A DNA stretch of 64,000 nucleotides, taken from NCBI GenBank assembly GCA_019358935.1, contig JAHHIK010000014.1:1-64000 (forward strand), read 5' to 3'. The position numbers were made by a program, and so were the translations under genes. The notes under the pieces were generated by a model. It ran no database searches and was not told where the DNA came from. It was given only the letters and a program-made list of their open reading frames with translations. Below are positions 49,445-58,620 of this stretch, in pieces. This stretch comes from Tolypothrix carrinoi HA7290-LM1. Lineage in GTDB: Bacteria > Cyanobacteriota > Cyanobacteriia > Cyanobacteriales > Nostocaceae. Each line of letters begins with the position of its first letter. Positions within the stretch are counted from its first letter, which is position 1.

Positions 49445-50134
49445 CTATTGGCTAATTTCTCTGACCTCGTGGGTTGTTAGATCGAACCGCCATAATTTTG
49501 TGACCAAATTATTGTCAGGTAAGGAACGCTTGGTCTTTTTAAAGTTATAGAATCTTGAGTCAGGGGAAAACTTACCTTCCCCAAGTGCTCTCAACTGTGA
49601 AAACTCCTGAATTTCCTGACACGTATCAAGATTGAAAAGCTTTGTGTAAACGTGCGCTGCACGAACGGGATTTCTCCGGGGATAATTTTTCTCGCTGGAG
49701 GGATATCCGGCGGCGAACCAAACGACTAAAAAGCGGTCATCTGGAGAAAAAAGAAAGTGAAAAGGCCCAGGCATTCGTCTCTTCAGCAGTTCACAGATTT
49801 GCGTCAACTCAGGATAGGCATACAAGGACACGCCATCTGGATACTTGTAAGTAAAGAATTTCGTTTCGTCGTGTGAGAAGCCATAAATCCTCTGTTGAAA
49901 ACGGTGGACTTGTTGACCTGTAGCTAAATCCCAAAAAACAGCGTGGTCTTTTTGCGAGGCAGCAACAGTTCTACCATCATCTAGGAGAAATACCTCTCTA
50001 ACAACAATCCCTTCATCCATGCCAAAAATACGGATCACCTCACCGGAACTAATTTCCCTTATAGTTACTTGCCCTTGTCGGTCACCGCAGACTTGGTAAC
50101 CACTTGCTTGAACTGTGTTTACTTGCTCAAACAT
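49445..50134 (-). CDS. Hypothetical protein with beta-propeller-like motifs
   Basis: Repeated FSHD/FSPD and WDL/FNL motifs. Confidence 0.6.
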   Translation of the reverse strand: MFEQVNTVQASGYQVCGDRQGQVTIREISSGEVIRIFGMDEGIVVREVFLLDDGRTVAASQKDHAVFWDLATGQQVHRFQQRIYGFSHDETKFFTYKYPDGVSLYAYPELTQICELLKRRMPGPFHFLFSPDDRFLVVWFAAGYPSSEKNYPRRNPVRAAHVYTKLFNLDTCQEIQEFSQLRALGEGKFSPDSRFYNFKKTKRSLPDNNLVTKLWRFDLTTHEVREISQ

Positions 50135-50715
50135 ATTTCCCTCGCCTTCTATCCCGAATATAATTAAGCGCAAAACCCAACAGGAGATTTTGGCAGCCTG
50201 TCGCCTCATCTATAAGCGTTCATGCAGCAACATTAATTTTCTTTCAAAGCGATTGTAGTCGCATTAAGATGAAAGGCAAATATTTTTTAGCTGAATCACC
50301 AGAAAATTTTGCACGTCTTGGCATTGGTTTAGACGCATAAATTCGATTTTATTTGATGCTAATTCAATGTACTACTGTCTGCAATTGAGTGCAAATATCT
50401 CTATCCTCAGACAAATTGTCGCTCCTATACAGCTTTTTTATATTTAGGTAAAACTCTCTATTTGTGTGACTGGTTAAACATTATTATGATTAATGTTCAA
50501 GAAATAATTATGAATGAAATGTGTTTATCTCAGCCAAAAATATGAATGAAATGTTTAAAACAAGAAAAGCAAAAAAAGTTAATTATTAAAATCATGTAAA
50601 GATAAAGATATAGCCTGACATCAAAGGAGGCGCTATTCTCCAAGCGGGCGTGAGGTTTGAATGCTTACTTTTTTTCTACTTTCGTATTGCGGCATTTCCT
50701 GACCACGACCAGAAC

Positions 50716-51033
50716 CAATACGCTTGGTGTTAAGGCTATGCAGTGCTTGAAACAATAAACACAGTTAAATTCATTTTTGTTCCAGTACCTCTGGGGAATG
50801 ACCTTTTTCGCGCTCGTATTTTGATACAGGCTTTTTCACAACCGTTGGGTTGTTTCTATGAACTCTTTGAGGCAGAACTTGGTCAACAATCTCTACAGTT
50901 AACCAACTCAAAAAAAGGCAAGTTCAAGTGGAAAGCAAACGCGCTCAATTTGGGGAGGGCACTCAGAACAACTCGCAATTAAAGCAAACAATACCTAATT
51001 TACTACTATTTGAGCCTTAACTGAACTGCATTC
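50716..51033 (-). mobile_element. IS4-family remnant: transposase 3' end and terminal repeat
   Basis: The minus strand reads, with frameshifts, LPFF/LSWLTVEIVDQVLPQRVHRNNPTVVKKPVSK.../GTGTKMN...VSSTA*, then CCTTAACACCAAGCGTATTG. A related CTTAACTGAACTGCATT lies near 51016. Confidence 0.65.
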
Positions 51034-51304
51034 GGGTATAACCCACTACAATTTTTCGATTTAGCAGTGGCAAAATAAGATTTTACAGACTCCTGTGCAT
51101 TGCTCTATTACTGTCAAATCAAGGGAATTTCTACTTGTTAGAGCTACCAACCAGATTAAATATCTCCTTCTTCAGATTGGTAAAAAGTCTAGGAGGGGAA
51201 TGACCCCACATTTATTCGCAAAAAGTATTCTACCGTTGTAGCGTTCTGGTTATAATTGTCTTCCATCTGTCTCTAACATTTAACTCAAATCTGCACCGTT
51301 TGAT

Positions 51305-51469
51305 ATGGCACGTACTCGTTCTAAATCTGATTTACCTACAAAAATCTGTCCGGTATGTCAACGTCCCTTCACATGGCGCAAAAAATGGGAAGATTGTTGG
51401 GACGAAGTGAAATATTGCTCAGAACGTTGTCGTCGTCACCGTTCTCAGGCTAAAACAACTGGGGAATAG
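51305..51469 (+). CDS. DUF2256-type small Cys-rich protein (54 aa, absent from the ORF track)
   Basis: MARTRSKSDLPTKICPVCQRPFTWRKKWEDCWDEVKYCSERCRR. Confidence 0.85.
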   Translation: MARTRSKSDLPTKICPVCQRPFTWRKKWEDCWDEVKYCSERCRRHRSQAKTTGE

Positions 51470-51660
51470 GGAATGGGGAATGGGGAATAGGGAATGGGGA
51501 ATGGGGACAAGGGGGACAAGGGAGACAAGGGAGACAAGGGGACAAGGGGACAAGGAGACAAGGAGACAAGGAGACAAGGAGACAAGGAGACAAGGAGACA
51601 AGGAGACAAGGAGATAAAGGGACAAATTCTTTCTCCCACTCTCCCCATCTCCCCATCCCC
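51461..51660. repeat. STRR arrays (GGGAATG, GGAGACAA)
   Basis: Visible 7-, 8- and 9-mer tandems. Confidence 0.8.
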
Positions 51661-51708
51661 TTGGTTAAAGGCAACTTAGTATTAGACGCAAATAGCGCAA
51701 AGGTATAA

Positions 51709-52662
51709 ATGAAATTACATATGCAACCTAAATTAATTATTCATGGAGGAGCTGGAAGTTCTCTCCACGGTAAAGGTGGAGTGGATATAGTGCGGCGATC
51801 GCTCTATAAAGTAGTAGAAGAAGTTTATTCTCTTTTACTTTCCGGTGCAAGAGCTTCTGAAGCGGTGGTGCGGGGTTGTCAAATGTTGGAAGATGACCCC
51901 CGCTTTAATTCTGGTACTGGTTCGGTACTGCAATCTGATGGTCAAATCCGCATGAGTGCTTCTTTGATGGATGGAACAACGCAAAGCTTTAGTGGTGTGA
52001 TTAATGTTTCGCGGGTGCAAAATCCGATTGAATTGGCGCAATTTTTACAAAATTCACCCGACCGAGTGCTGTCAGATTACGGTTCTGCTGAATTAGCGCG
52101 GGAAATGCAAATTCCCAGTTACAATGCTTTAACTGAGTTGCGCTTGCAAGAGTGGATGCAAGAACGCCAAGATAATTTTAAAAGAACAATGGCTGGGGTT
52201 GTGGCAGAACCGGAATTAGTGGAAACTAGCAACGCCCGACGCGGGACGATTGGTGTGGTAGTATTAGATACTCACGGCAGGCTAGCTGTTGGCACTTCTA
52301 CGGGTGGTAAAGGCTTTGAGCGGATTGGACGTGTCAGTGATTCTGCGATGCCTGCGGGTAATTATGCTACAGTAAAGGCTGCCGTAAGTTGCACGGGTAT
52401 TGGCGAAGATATCATTGATGAGTGTTTGGCACCAAAGATTGTGATTCGCGTTACCGATGGTATGTCCCTCAAAGATGCGATGCAGCGTTCATTTAGCGAA
52501 GCAAAAAACCACAAGCGAGATTTTGGGGCGATCGCTCTTGATGCGGATGGGGCGATCGCTTGGGGTAAAACCAGCGAAGTCCTTCTCGCAGCTTACCACG
52601 ATGGCGAAAAAATTGCTGACACTTTGGAATGGACTGGTGAAGAACTGGTAGGTTATTGCTGA
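51709..52662 (+). CDS. Isoaspartyl peptidase / plant-type L-asparaginase
   Basis: IIHGGAG, G-T(nucleophile)-IGVV, TSTGG, GRVSDS and TGIGE motifs. Confidence 0.9.
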   Translation: MKLHMQPKLIIHGGAGSSLHGKGGVDIVRRSLYKVVEEVYSLLLSGARASEAVVRGCQMLEDDPRFNSGTGSVLQSDGQIRMSASLMDGTTQSFSGVINVSRVQNPIELAQFLQNSPDRVLSDYGSAELAREMQIPSYNALTELRLQEWMQERQDNFKRTMAGVVAEPELVETSNARRGTIGVVVLDTHGRLAVGTSTGGKGFERIGRVSDSAMPAGNYATVKAAVSCTGIGEDIIDECLAPKIVIRVTDGMSLKDAMQRSFSEAKNHKRDFGAIALDADGAIAWGKTSEVLLAAYHDGEKIADTLEWTGEELVGYC

Positions 52663-53075
52663 ATTAATTTCAGTGCAAGAGTGATAATTTCTTCTTGGTC
52701 AACCATTACTGCTAATTCTTGGGCTTCATAACGTCCTTCAAAAGCTTCAAGCGCTGCTTTTTTCAATGCCAGTTGATATCCTTGTTGCAGAATATCGATT
52801 AATTCTGTTTGATTCAAGTAAAAACTGCCTGATTTGCGGCGCTTGTTGATTTTGTTAATTTCTCGCACCGCATTTTCTATGGAAATCTCCCAAGAGCGAG
52901 GAGAACGTTTTTCAGCTTTCTGTTTAATTAAATAAATGAGAAGAATTACCCCATAACTATCAATTTTATTGATTTTGTCACTCAGGCTCAGTTCTTCTAA
53001 CTCATCCACCAACAGCAAAGCTTCATAAACTTTGCCTTGTTCTAGAAGTTGCCTCAGTTCTAGTAGTTCTTCCAT
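52653..53075 (-). CDS. DUF29-like protein
   Basis: MEELLELR...EELS...ILLIYLIK...RSWEISI. Confidence 0.7.
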   Translation of the reverse strand: MEELLELRQLLEQGKVYEALLLVDELEELSLSDKINKIDSYGVILLIYLIKQKAEKRSPRSWEISIENAVREINKINKRRKSGSFYLNQTELIDILQQGYQLALKKAALEAFEGRYEAQELAVMVDQEEIITLALKLIQQ

Positions 53076-53127
53076 ATTGAATCTTGAGATTTTGGCTTCA
53101 CTACTAATTTAATAAATCACACATATT

Positions 53128-53156
53128 GTAGAGACGTTCCGACGGAACGTCTCTAC
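53128..53156. repeat. GTAG-type REP palindrome
   Basis: GTAGAGACGTTCC-GAC-GGAACGTCTCTAC. Confidence 0.75.
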
Positions 53157-53205
53157 GACGGTTAGTGTTTCTCCCTCATCTCCCTCATCTTCCTCATCTT
53201 CCCCA

Positions 53206-54573
53206 TCACCCCACGTCCCCATCAGGACGCTTCAACCGCCAACCTGGTTTGACTACTTGACGCGCACGGGCTATTACCAGACAATCATCAGGGACATCTT
53301 CTGTAACAGTTGAACCACCAGCAACTGTGACATCAGAACCGAGTGTCAATGGAGCCACAAGAACGTTGTTGACACCTGTTTTAGTCCGATCGCCTATTTT
53401 GGTAGGATGTTTTTTCACACCATCATAATTGGCAGTAATCGTGCCACCACCGATATTTACTTGATTTCCGGTTGTGGTATCGCCCAAATATGACAGATGT
53501 GCTGCATTGGTGCGATCGCCTAACTTAGTATTTTTTAATTCCACAAAATTACCGATGCGGCAATTTGCCCCCACTTGTGCATGTCCGCGTAAATGGGCAT
53601 AAGGACCAATTCGAGCGTTTTCCTCTACGGTGCTATCTGTCACCACAGAATACATCACCGTGACATTTTCACTTAAGTGGCTATTCTCAATTAAACTTCC
53701 AGGTCCGATGCGACATCCTGTTTGAATGACCGTATTGCCTCGCAGGTGAGTTTGCGGTTCAATAATTACATCTGGCTGTAATTCTACCGTGTCATCAATT
53801 GTAATGCTGATGGGGTCGATGAGAGTGACACCTGCTGCCATCCATTTTTCTTTAATTCGCGTTTGCAAAATATCCGATGCTGCTGCTAGTTGCAGGCGAT
53901 CGTTAATACCCAAAATTTCCTGAGAATCTGACACATCAACTGCCATCACTTTACCAACTTGAGTTACCGCATCGGTGAGGTAGTATTCTTTTTGGGCATT
54001 GTTTGCTTGCAAATGTGGTAACACATGCGCTAACTCTTGCCAGTTAAAGCAGTAAATTCCCGCATTGACACGGCGATTTTGTTTTTGGGCAGTAGTGCAA
54101 TCTTTATCTTCAACGATTTGTTCGACAATATTATCACTGTTGCAAAAAACACGCCCGTAGCCTTTAGCATCGCTCAGATGTGCGGTGAGGATGGTAGCAG
54201 CGTTGTCATTTTCTTGATGAGTTTGCAACAGTTGTTTGAGTGTTTCGGTGCGTAATAAGGGCACATCGCCGTTTAACACCAGCAAATCCCCAGTATAGCC
54301 TTCGAGGTGAGGAAGTAATTGCTGGATGGCATGACCTGTTCCCAATTGTACAGTCTGTTCGACAAACTCCAAATCCGGGTTTGATTGCATGGCTGTTTTT
54401 AGTTGTTCAGCCTGATATCCGACAATCAGCATTTGCCGTGAGGGATTCATCGGTTGTACACTTTCGAGAACTCTCTCTACTAGCGATCGCCCACCCAAAG
54501 AATGTAAAACCTTGGGTAGGTGTGATTTCATCCTTGTGCCGCGTCCTGCCGCTAAAATTGCTACGACTACCAT
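53206..54573 (-). CDS. glmU: Bifunctional UDP-GlcNAc pyrophosphorylase / acetyltransferase
   Basis: [24 protein letters not shown] and HLSYLGD motifs. Confidence 0.97.
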   Translation of the reverse strand: MVVVAILAAGRGTRMKSHLPKVLHSLGGRSLVERVLESVQPMNPSRQMLIVGYQAEQLKTAMQSNPDLEFVEQTVQLGTGHAIQQLLPHLEGYTGDLLVLNGDVPLLRTETLKQLLQTHQENDNAATILTAHLSDAKGYGRVFCNSDNIVEQIVEDKDCTTAQKQNRRVNAGIYCFNWQELAHVLPHLQANNAQKEYYLTDAVTQVGKVMAVDVSDSQEILGINDRLQLAAASDILQTRIKEKWMAAGVTLIDPISITIDDTVELQPDVIIEPQTHLRGNTVIQTGCRIGPGSLIENSHLSENVTVMYSVVTDSTVEENARIGPYAHLRGHAQVGANCRIGNFVELKNTKLGDRTNAAHLSYLGDTTTGNQVNIGGGTITANYDGVKKHPTKIGDRTKTGVNNVLVAPLTLGSDVTVAGGSTVTEDVPDDCLVIARARQVVKPGWRLKRPDGDVG

Positions 54574-54688
54574 AATTAGCTATCAGCTATCAGTTAATTG
54601 CGATGAATCTACACAAATAGTTTGAGATTCCCGCTCAAATGATACCTGATTACGCCCTGAACCAAAATGTTAATTCTTCTTAAAAAGT

Positions 54689-55915
54689 TTATTGCTTGCT
54701 AGAAAGAATAAATTCTCTAAACTGTAGCATTAGTTTGGGGTTGCGCCAACCCTTTGCTGTTTCTTCCGCCATGACGCTGAGAGCTTCTTCTTCGCTGAAA
54801 GCTCTTTTGTAAGGTCGTTCGCTAGTTAGGGCATCGTAAATATCAATCATTTGAAAAACTTGTGCCAGATAAGGAATTTCATCTTCCTTCAGTCCATCGG
54901 GATAACCAGAGCCATCCCAGCGTTCGTGGTGGTGGCGAATTATCGGAATTACACCGCGCATACTGCGTAATGGCTGGCAGATTTTTTCACCAATCAAAAC
55001 GTGTTTTTTCATAATATCCCACTCTTCGGGGGTTAGTTTACCACGCTTTAGTAGCACCACATCAGGAATACCCACTTTACCGATATCGTGGAGATAACCC
55101 CCCCACATCAAATTCCGAATTTGGTTGCGTGAGAGATTGAGGAATTCTGCAAAAGCTTCTCCCAATGTTACCAATCGCTCGCAGTGGTCGCCAGTATTGG
55201 GATCGCGACTTTCAATTGCTCTGGCAATAGAAAATAACACTTTTTCGGCATGGTCTAAATCTTCGTTTAGACGCTTTTGCCTGACTAAAGATTTAACCCG
55301 TGCTGCCAATTCTAAACGGTCAAAAGGTTTGGTTAAAAAATCATCTGCCCCAACTTCGATTCCCTGGATGCGCGATCGCTTATCATTTAAAGCTGTAATG
55401 AAAATCACCGGGATTAACCTGGTATGTTCATCCTGCTTAAGTAACTGGCACACTTGAAATCCATCCATCCCCGCCATCATTACATCTAACAAAATTAGAT
55501 CCGGTTGTTTTTGTGTTACCAGTTCTATGGCAGTATAACCACTGTCTGCCTCAATCACTTCGTAGCCTTCCATCGCTAAAAGCGCGACAGCAGTCAGACG
55601 ACTGGCAGGATGATCGTCTACTACTAAAACTTTCGGCGCATCACAATCAAAGCCATTCACTGTTGACCCTTTGGCTTGTCGCGTTCTAGAGACCAATGAA
55701 TTATTACTTGTATTAACATCAGGATTCATCCAAGAAGACAAGACTTCGGTTTCTTCAGCCATCACGTTTTGTTCAGATAAGCTCAAGGAATTACCCTCGG
55801 CTTTGTTCAATGCTAAGGCATGATTTGAACCGATACCATTGACATTGTTTGAGGGGTTTAACCCACTAACAATTTGTTCGCCCTTGGCAGTATACTTGGA
55901 TTTCCATTGAGTCAC
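54689..55915 (-). CDS. Response regulator with an HD-GYP phosphodiesterase domain
   Basis: Receiver domain (VVDD, LLDVMM, KP), LHDIGK and HHERWDGSGYP. Confidence 0.92.
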   Translation of the reverse strand: MTQWKSKYTAKGEQIVSGLNPSNNVNGIGSNHALALNKAEGNSLSLSEQNVMAEETEVLSSWMNPDVNTSNNSLVSRTRQAKGSTVNGFDCDAPKVLVVDDHPASRLTAVALLAMEGYEVIEADSGYTAIELVTQKQPDLILLDVMMAGMDGFQVCQLLKQDEHTRLIPVIFITALNDKRSRIQGIEVGADDFLTKPFDRLELAARVKSLVRQKRLNEDLDHAEKVLFSIARAIESRDPNTGDHCERLVTLGEAFAEFLNLSRNQIRNLMWGGYLHDIGKVGIPDVVLLKRGKLTPEEWDIMKKHVLIGEKICQPLRSMRGVIPIIRHHHERWDGSGYPDGLKEDEIPYLAQVFQMIDIYDALTSERPYKRAFSEEEALSVMAEETAKGWRNPKLMLQFREFILSSKQ

Positions 55916-56289
55916 AAAGGCACTCCAATAAAAAACTTCACTGCGGTTAGAGAAAAAACAATTTTAGAATTTGACTATATTTGAGTTTGCATTTTCACAA
56001 GCTTTATGCATCATAACTGTAAAATGTTGGTTTTAATGCATAGCATGTGTTTTTTACGTGTTATTGGAACAATATAAATATAGCTATTAAATTCCCCACT
56101 GGTCTAATTACAGTATGAGCAATTTTTACAAATGTTAAATCAGGTTTTTTACGGAGATTTCTTAACATCGCAGCCCCAGAAAATTTTGTCCTCGCTAAAT
56201 TTATATAAAAGTAAAGGATTTTTAGGAACTAAGTTTTTATTTTCCGCACTATCACACGCGCATTTTTCGCTTTATGAATGGAAAACATC

Positions 56290-56433
56290 TAACTATGATT
56301 GGCAGAGTGTCGCAGTCATAACTTACTTATATTTTAGTGATTTGTATTACATAAATAACTCTTATTTAACTATGATTGGCAAAGTGTCGCAGTGATAACT
56401 TACTTATATCCATAGTGATTTGTATCACATAAA
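56290..56433. repeat. Imperfect tandem duplication of about 66 bp (77-bp period) containing CRP-like sites
   Basis: TAACTATGATTGGCA.AGTGTCGCAGT.ATAACTTACTTATAT...AGTGATTTGTAT.ACATAAA occurs twice. Confidence 0.75.
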
Positions 56434-56489
56434 CGCCTACAGTTTTCTTTGAAATTAGAAATTTTGTGAAAAAAAGATAGATTTTTGGA

Positions 56490-57695
56490 TTAACTTAAGC
56501 GCAGCCAGCGTTTTCAAAAAACGAGAGGTAGGTTCGAGCGTACAGGTTTGCTGCTCTTTTTCTCGTCTTTTAATGATGACATCAGCGCGATCGCGCTACT
56601 TGCGGATCGCGGTAAGGAATAGCAGCACTCATAAATGCAAATGTTCTTTTTCTGCCTGGGAAAGGGTGGAGGAGGGGGGGAGAGGGGGGGATGGGGGAGA
56701 CAAGGGGGAGGGGGGAGACAAGGGAGATGGGGAAGACAAGGAAGACGAGGAGGCAAACTCCCCCGGCCCCCTGCCCCCTGCCCCCTGCCCCCTGCCCCCT
56801 GCCCCCTCCTCTTGTATGCGCTGCAACAGTACCAGGCGATCGCCTTCCCACTGGTGGGGTAGAACCGATTTGTAAATCGGCTGCCAAAAGTGCTGTGCGT
56901 ACTGCCGCAGCACAGGAATAAGTCGCTAATAATCCATCTACGTGTAAACACATAGAGACTTTTTTAATAAATTCAATTGTCCACAATTGCGGACATTGAG
57001 GTGGTGAAAAAGGATCGAGAAAAATTGCACACTAAGCGAAAACCTGAGTGATATACTTGCCCTATCGTGCTTCTAGCATCGCCAATTAGTAGCCTTGCCG
57101 CTATATTGTCTCGAAATACTTGATGCTCACTCGCCGTCATTAGTCAAAATTTCCGTATATTCGTAACTCCAATTGTCGAATAAGCGCTAAGAGCGATCGC
57201 CGCAATTGGCACAGATGCATTCAACTCTAAACCGATTACTTCCACATAACAATTGGGATTCACTGCCCAAATTGTCTGCAAAGCAGCTGCGGTGTTGTAT
57301 CCTAACCCTTGAAGAAAGGCAGAGGGCAGGAGGCAGAAGGCAGAAGGAGCAATCGGATGGGGATTCAAACCCCAACCGATTGAATCCACCGTGTAGACGG
57401 TGGGGTTTTATACCCAGTTGGCTCCAGCCAGAAGGCTGAATCAAAGACATAATTTATACCTTCTGCCCTCTGCCCTCTGCCTTCTGCCTTCCGCCGAAGG
57501 CGGATAACAAACATCTAACAAACGCAACACTGGTTTATTAGCTTTCAACGCTAGTTGCGTAGGACTGGCAAACTTGAAAAAACTCTCTTGACGCGCTCCA
57601 TAATGACTGTGAAAAAACTTGCCAAACTCTTTGGAAATAAACGTGAAAGAGCCGTCTGCTGTAACTTGTGGTATAAAGTTATCATCATTTGTCAT
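56490..57695 (-). pseudogene. MnmC/MnmD-like SAM methyltransferase, disrupted
   Basis: TADGSFT...FHS..GA, LDVCY|GLGYN, IGDAR, FLDPFSP..CPQLWT, LATYSCA and AAIPYRDP are spread over several frames. It also contains the 195-bp insertion and an internal STRR array. Confidence 0.85.
57309..57503 (-). mobile_element. 195-bp non-autonomous element, copy 2
   Basis: Matches 1195-1389. Removing it restores TGT TAT GGG TTA GGA TAC (C-Y-G-L-G-Y). It follows TGTTAT and has no TSD. Confidence 0.9.
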
Positions 57696-57735
57696 TTGTG
57701 ATTACCTTTTCCCAATTACCAATTATCAATTACCA

Positions 57736-58569
57736 ATGACCAATTACCAATTACCTTTTTCCCAATTTGTTGTTTCTGCCGAATGGTTGTTTGCACACCT
57801 TGACGATCCGCAAGTTGTGATTGTGGATTGTCGGTTTTCACTTGCCGATCCAATTTTAGGACAACAGCAATATCAAGCAAGTCATATAAGTGGAGCTTAC
57901 TATTTAGACTTAAACCAGGATCTTTCTAGTTCTGTGGGAGAACATGGAGGAAGACATCCTTTACCTAACCCCGCTGATTTAGCGCAGAAGTTATCAGCAA
58001 TGGGGGTGAAGTCAGACACTTTAGTTGTAGCTTACGATGACTCCCGTCTTGCTTTTGCATCTCGTTTGTGGTGGCTTTTGCGTTATTTAGGACATGAACA
58101 AGTAGCTGTGCTTACAGGAGGGTTTGCGGGTTGGCAAAAAGCCGGGTATCCCGTCACAGATGTGATTCCCTCTCCTCGGATAGCAACATTCGTTCCACAG
58201 GTACAAACACAAATGGTGGTAGATAGGGAAGAAGTTAAAACTCGCAAAGATTTCTCAGGAGTAGTGTTGGTGGATTCACGGGAAAGCGATCGCTTTTCTG
58301 GCGAACGAGAACCAATTGATAAAATTGCCGGACATATCAGCGGCGCTGTCAACTATCCTTGGCTAGAAGTTACAGATTCTTCAGGCTACCTACTTTCACC
58401 ACAACAGCAAAGCGATCGCGCATCCAACCTTGAAAAAGCCGAGGAAATTATAGTTTATTGCGGTTCTGGCGTTACCGCTTGCGTGAATTTATTATCTTTA
58501 GAACTAGCCGGCATTAAAGGAGCTAAACTTTATGCTGGCAGTTGGAGTGATTGGATTAGTTATATGTAG
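57736..58569 (+). CDS. Tandem-rhodanese sulfurtransferase (SseA-like)
   Basis: HISGA, GRHPLP, YCGSGVTA and LYAGSWSDW motifs. Confidence 0.9.
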   Translation: MTNYQLPFSQFVVSAEWLFAHLDDPQVVIVDCRFSLADPILGQQQYQASHISGAYYLDLNQDLSSSVGEHGGRHPLPNPADLAQKLSAMGVKSDTLVVAYDDSRLAFASRLWWLLRYLGHEQVAVLTGGFAGWQKAGYPVTDVIPSPRIATFVPQVQTQMVVDREEVKTRKDFSGVVLVDSRESDRFSGEREPIDKIAGHISGAVNYPWLEVTDSSGYLLSPQQQSDRASNLEKAEEIIVYCGSGVTACVNLLSLELAGIKGAKLYAGSWSDWISYM

Positions 58570-58620
58570 TTAGGAGTTAAAAGTGAGGAGTTAGTCCTAA
58601 CTTTTAACTCCTAACTTTTT

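Noticed and set aside
50509..50554. TATGAATGAAATGT twice, 32 bp apart
   Set aside because: It is AT-rich, has only two copies and has no assignable regulator.
47321..51790. Apparent HIP1 gap as proof of foreign origin
   Set aside because: A similar gap covers the native ctpA-petBD-gmd region, so it is not discriminating.
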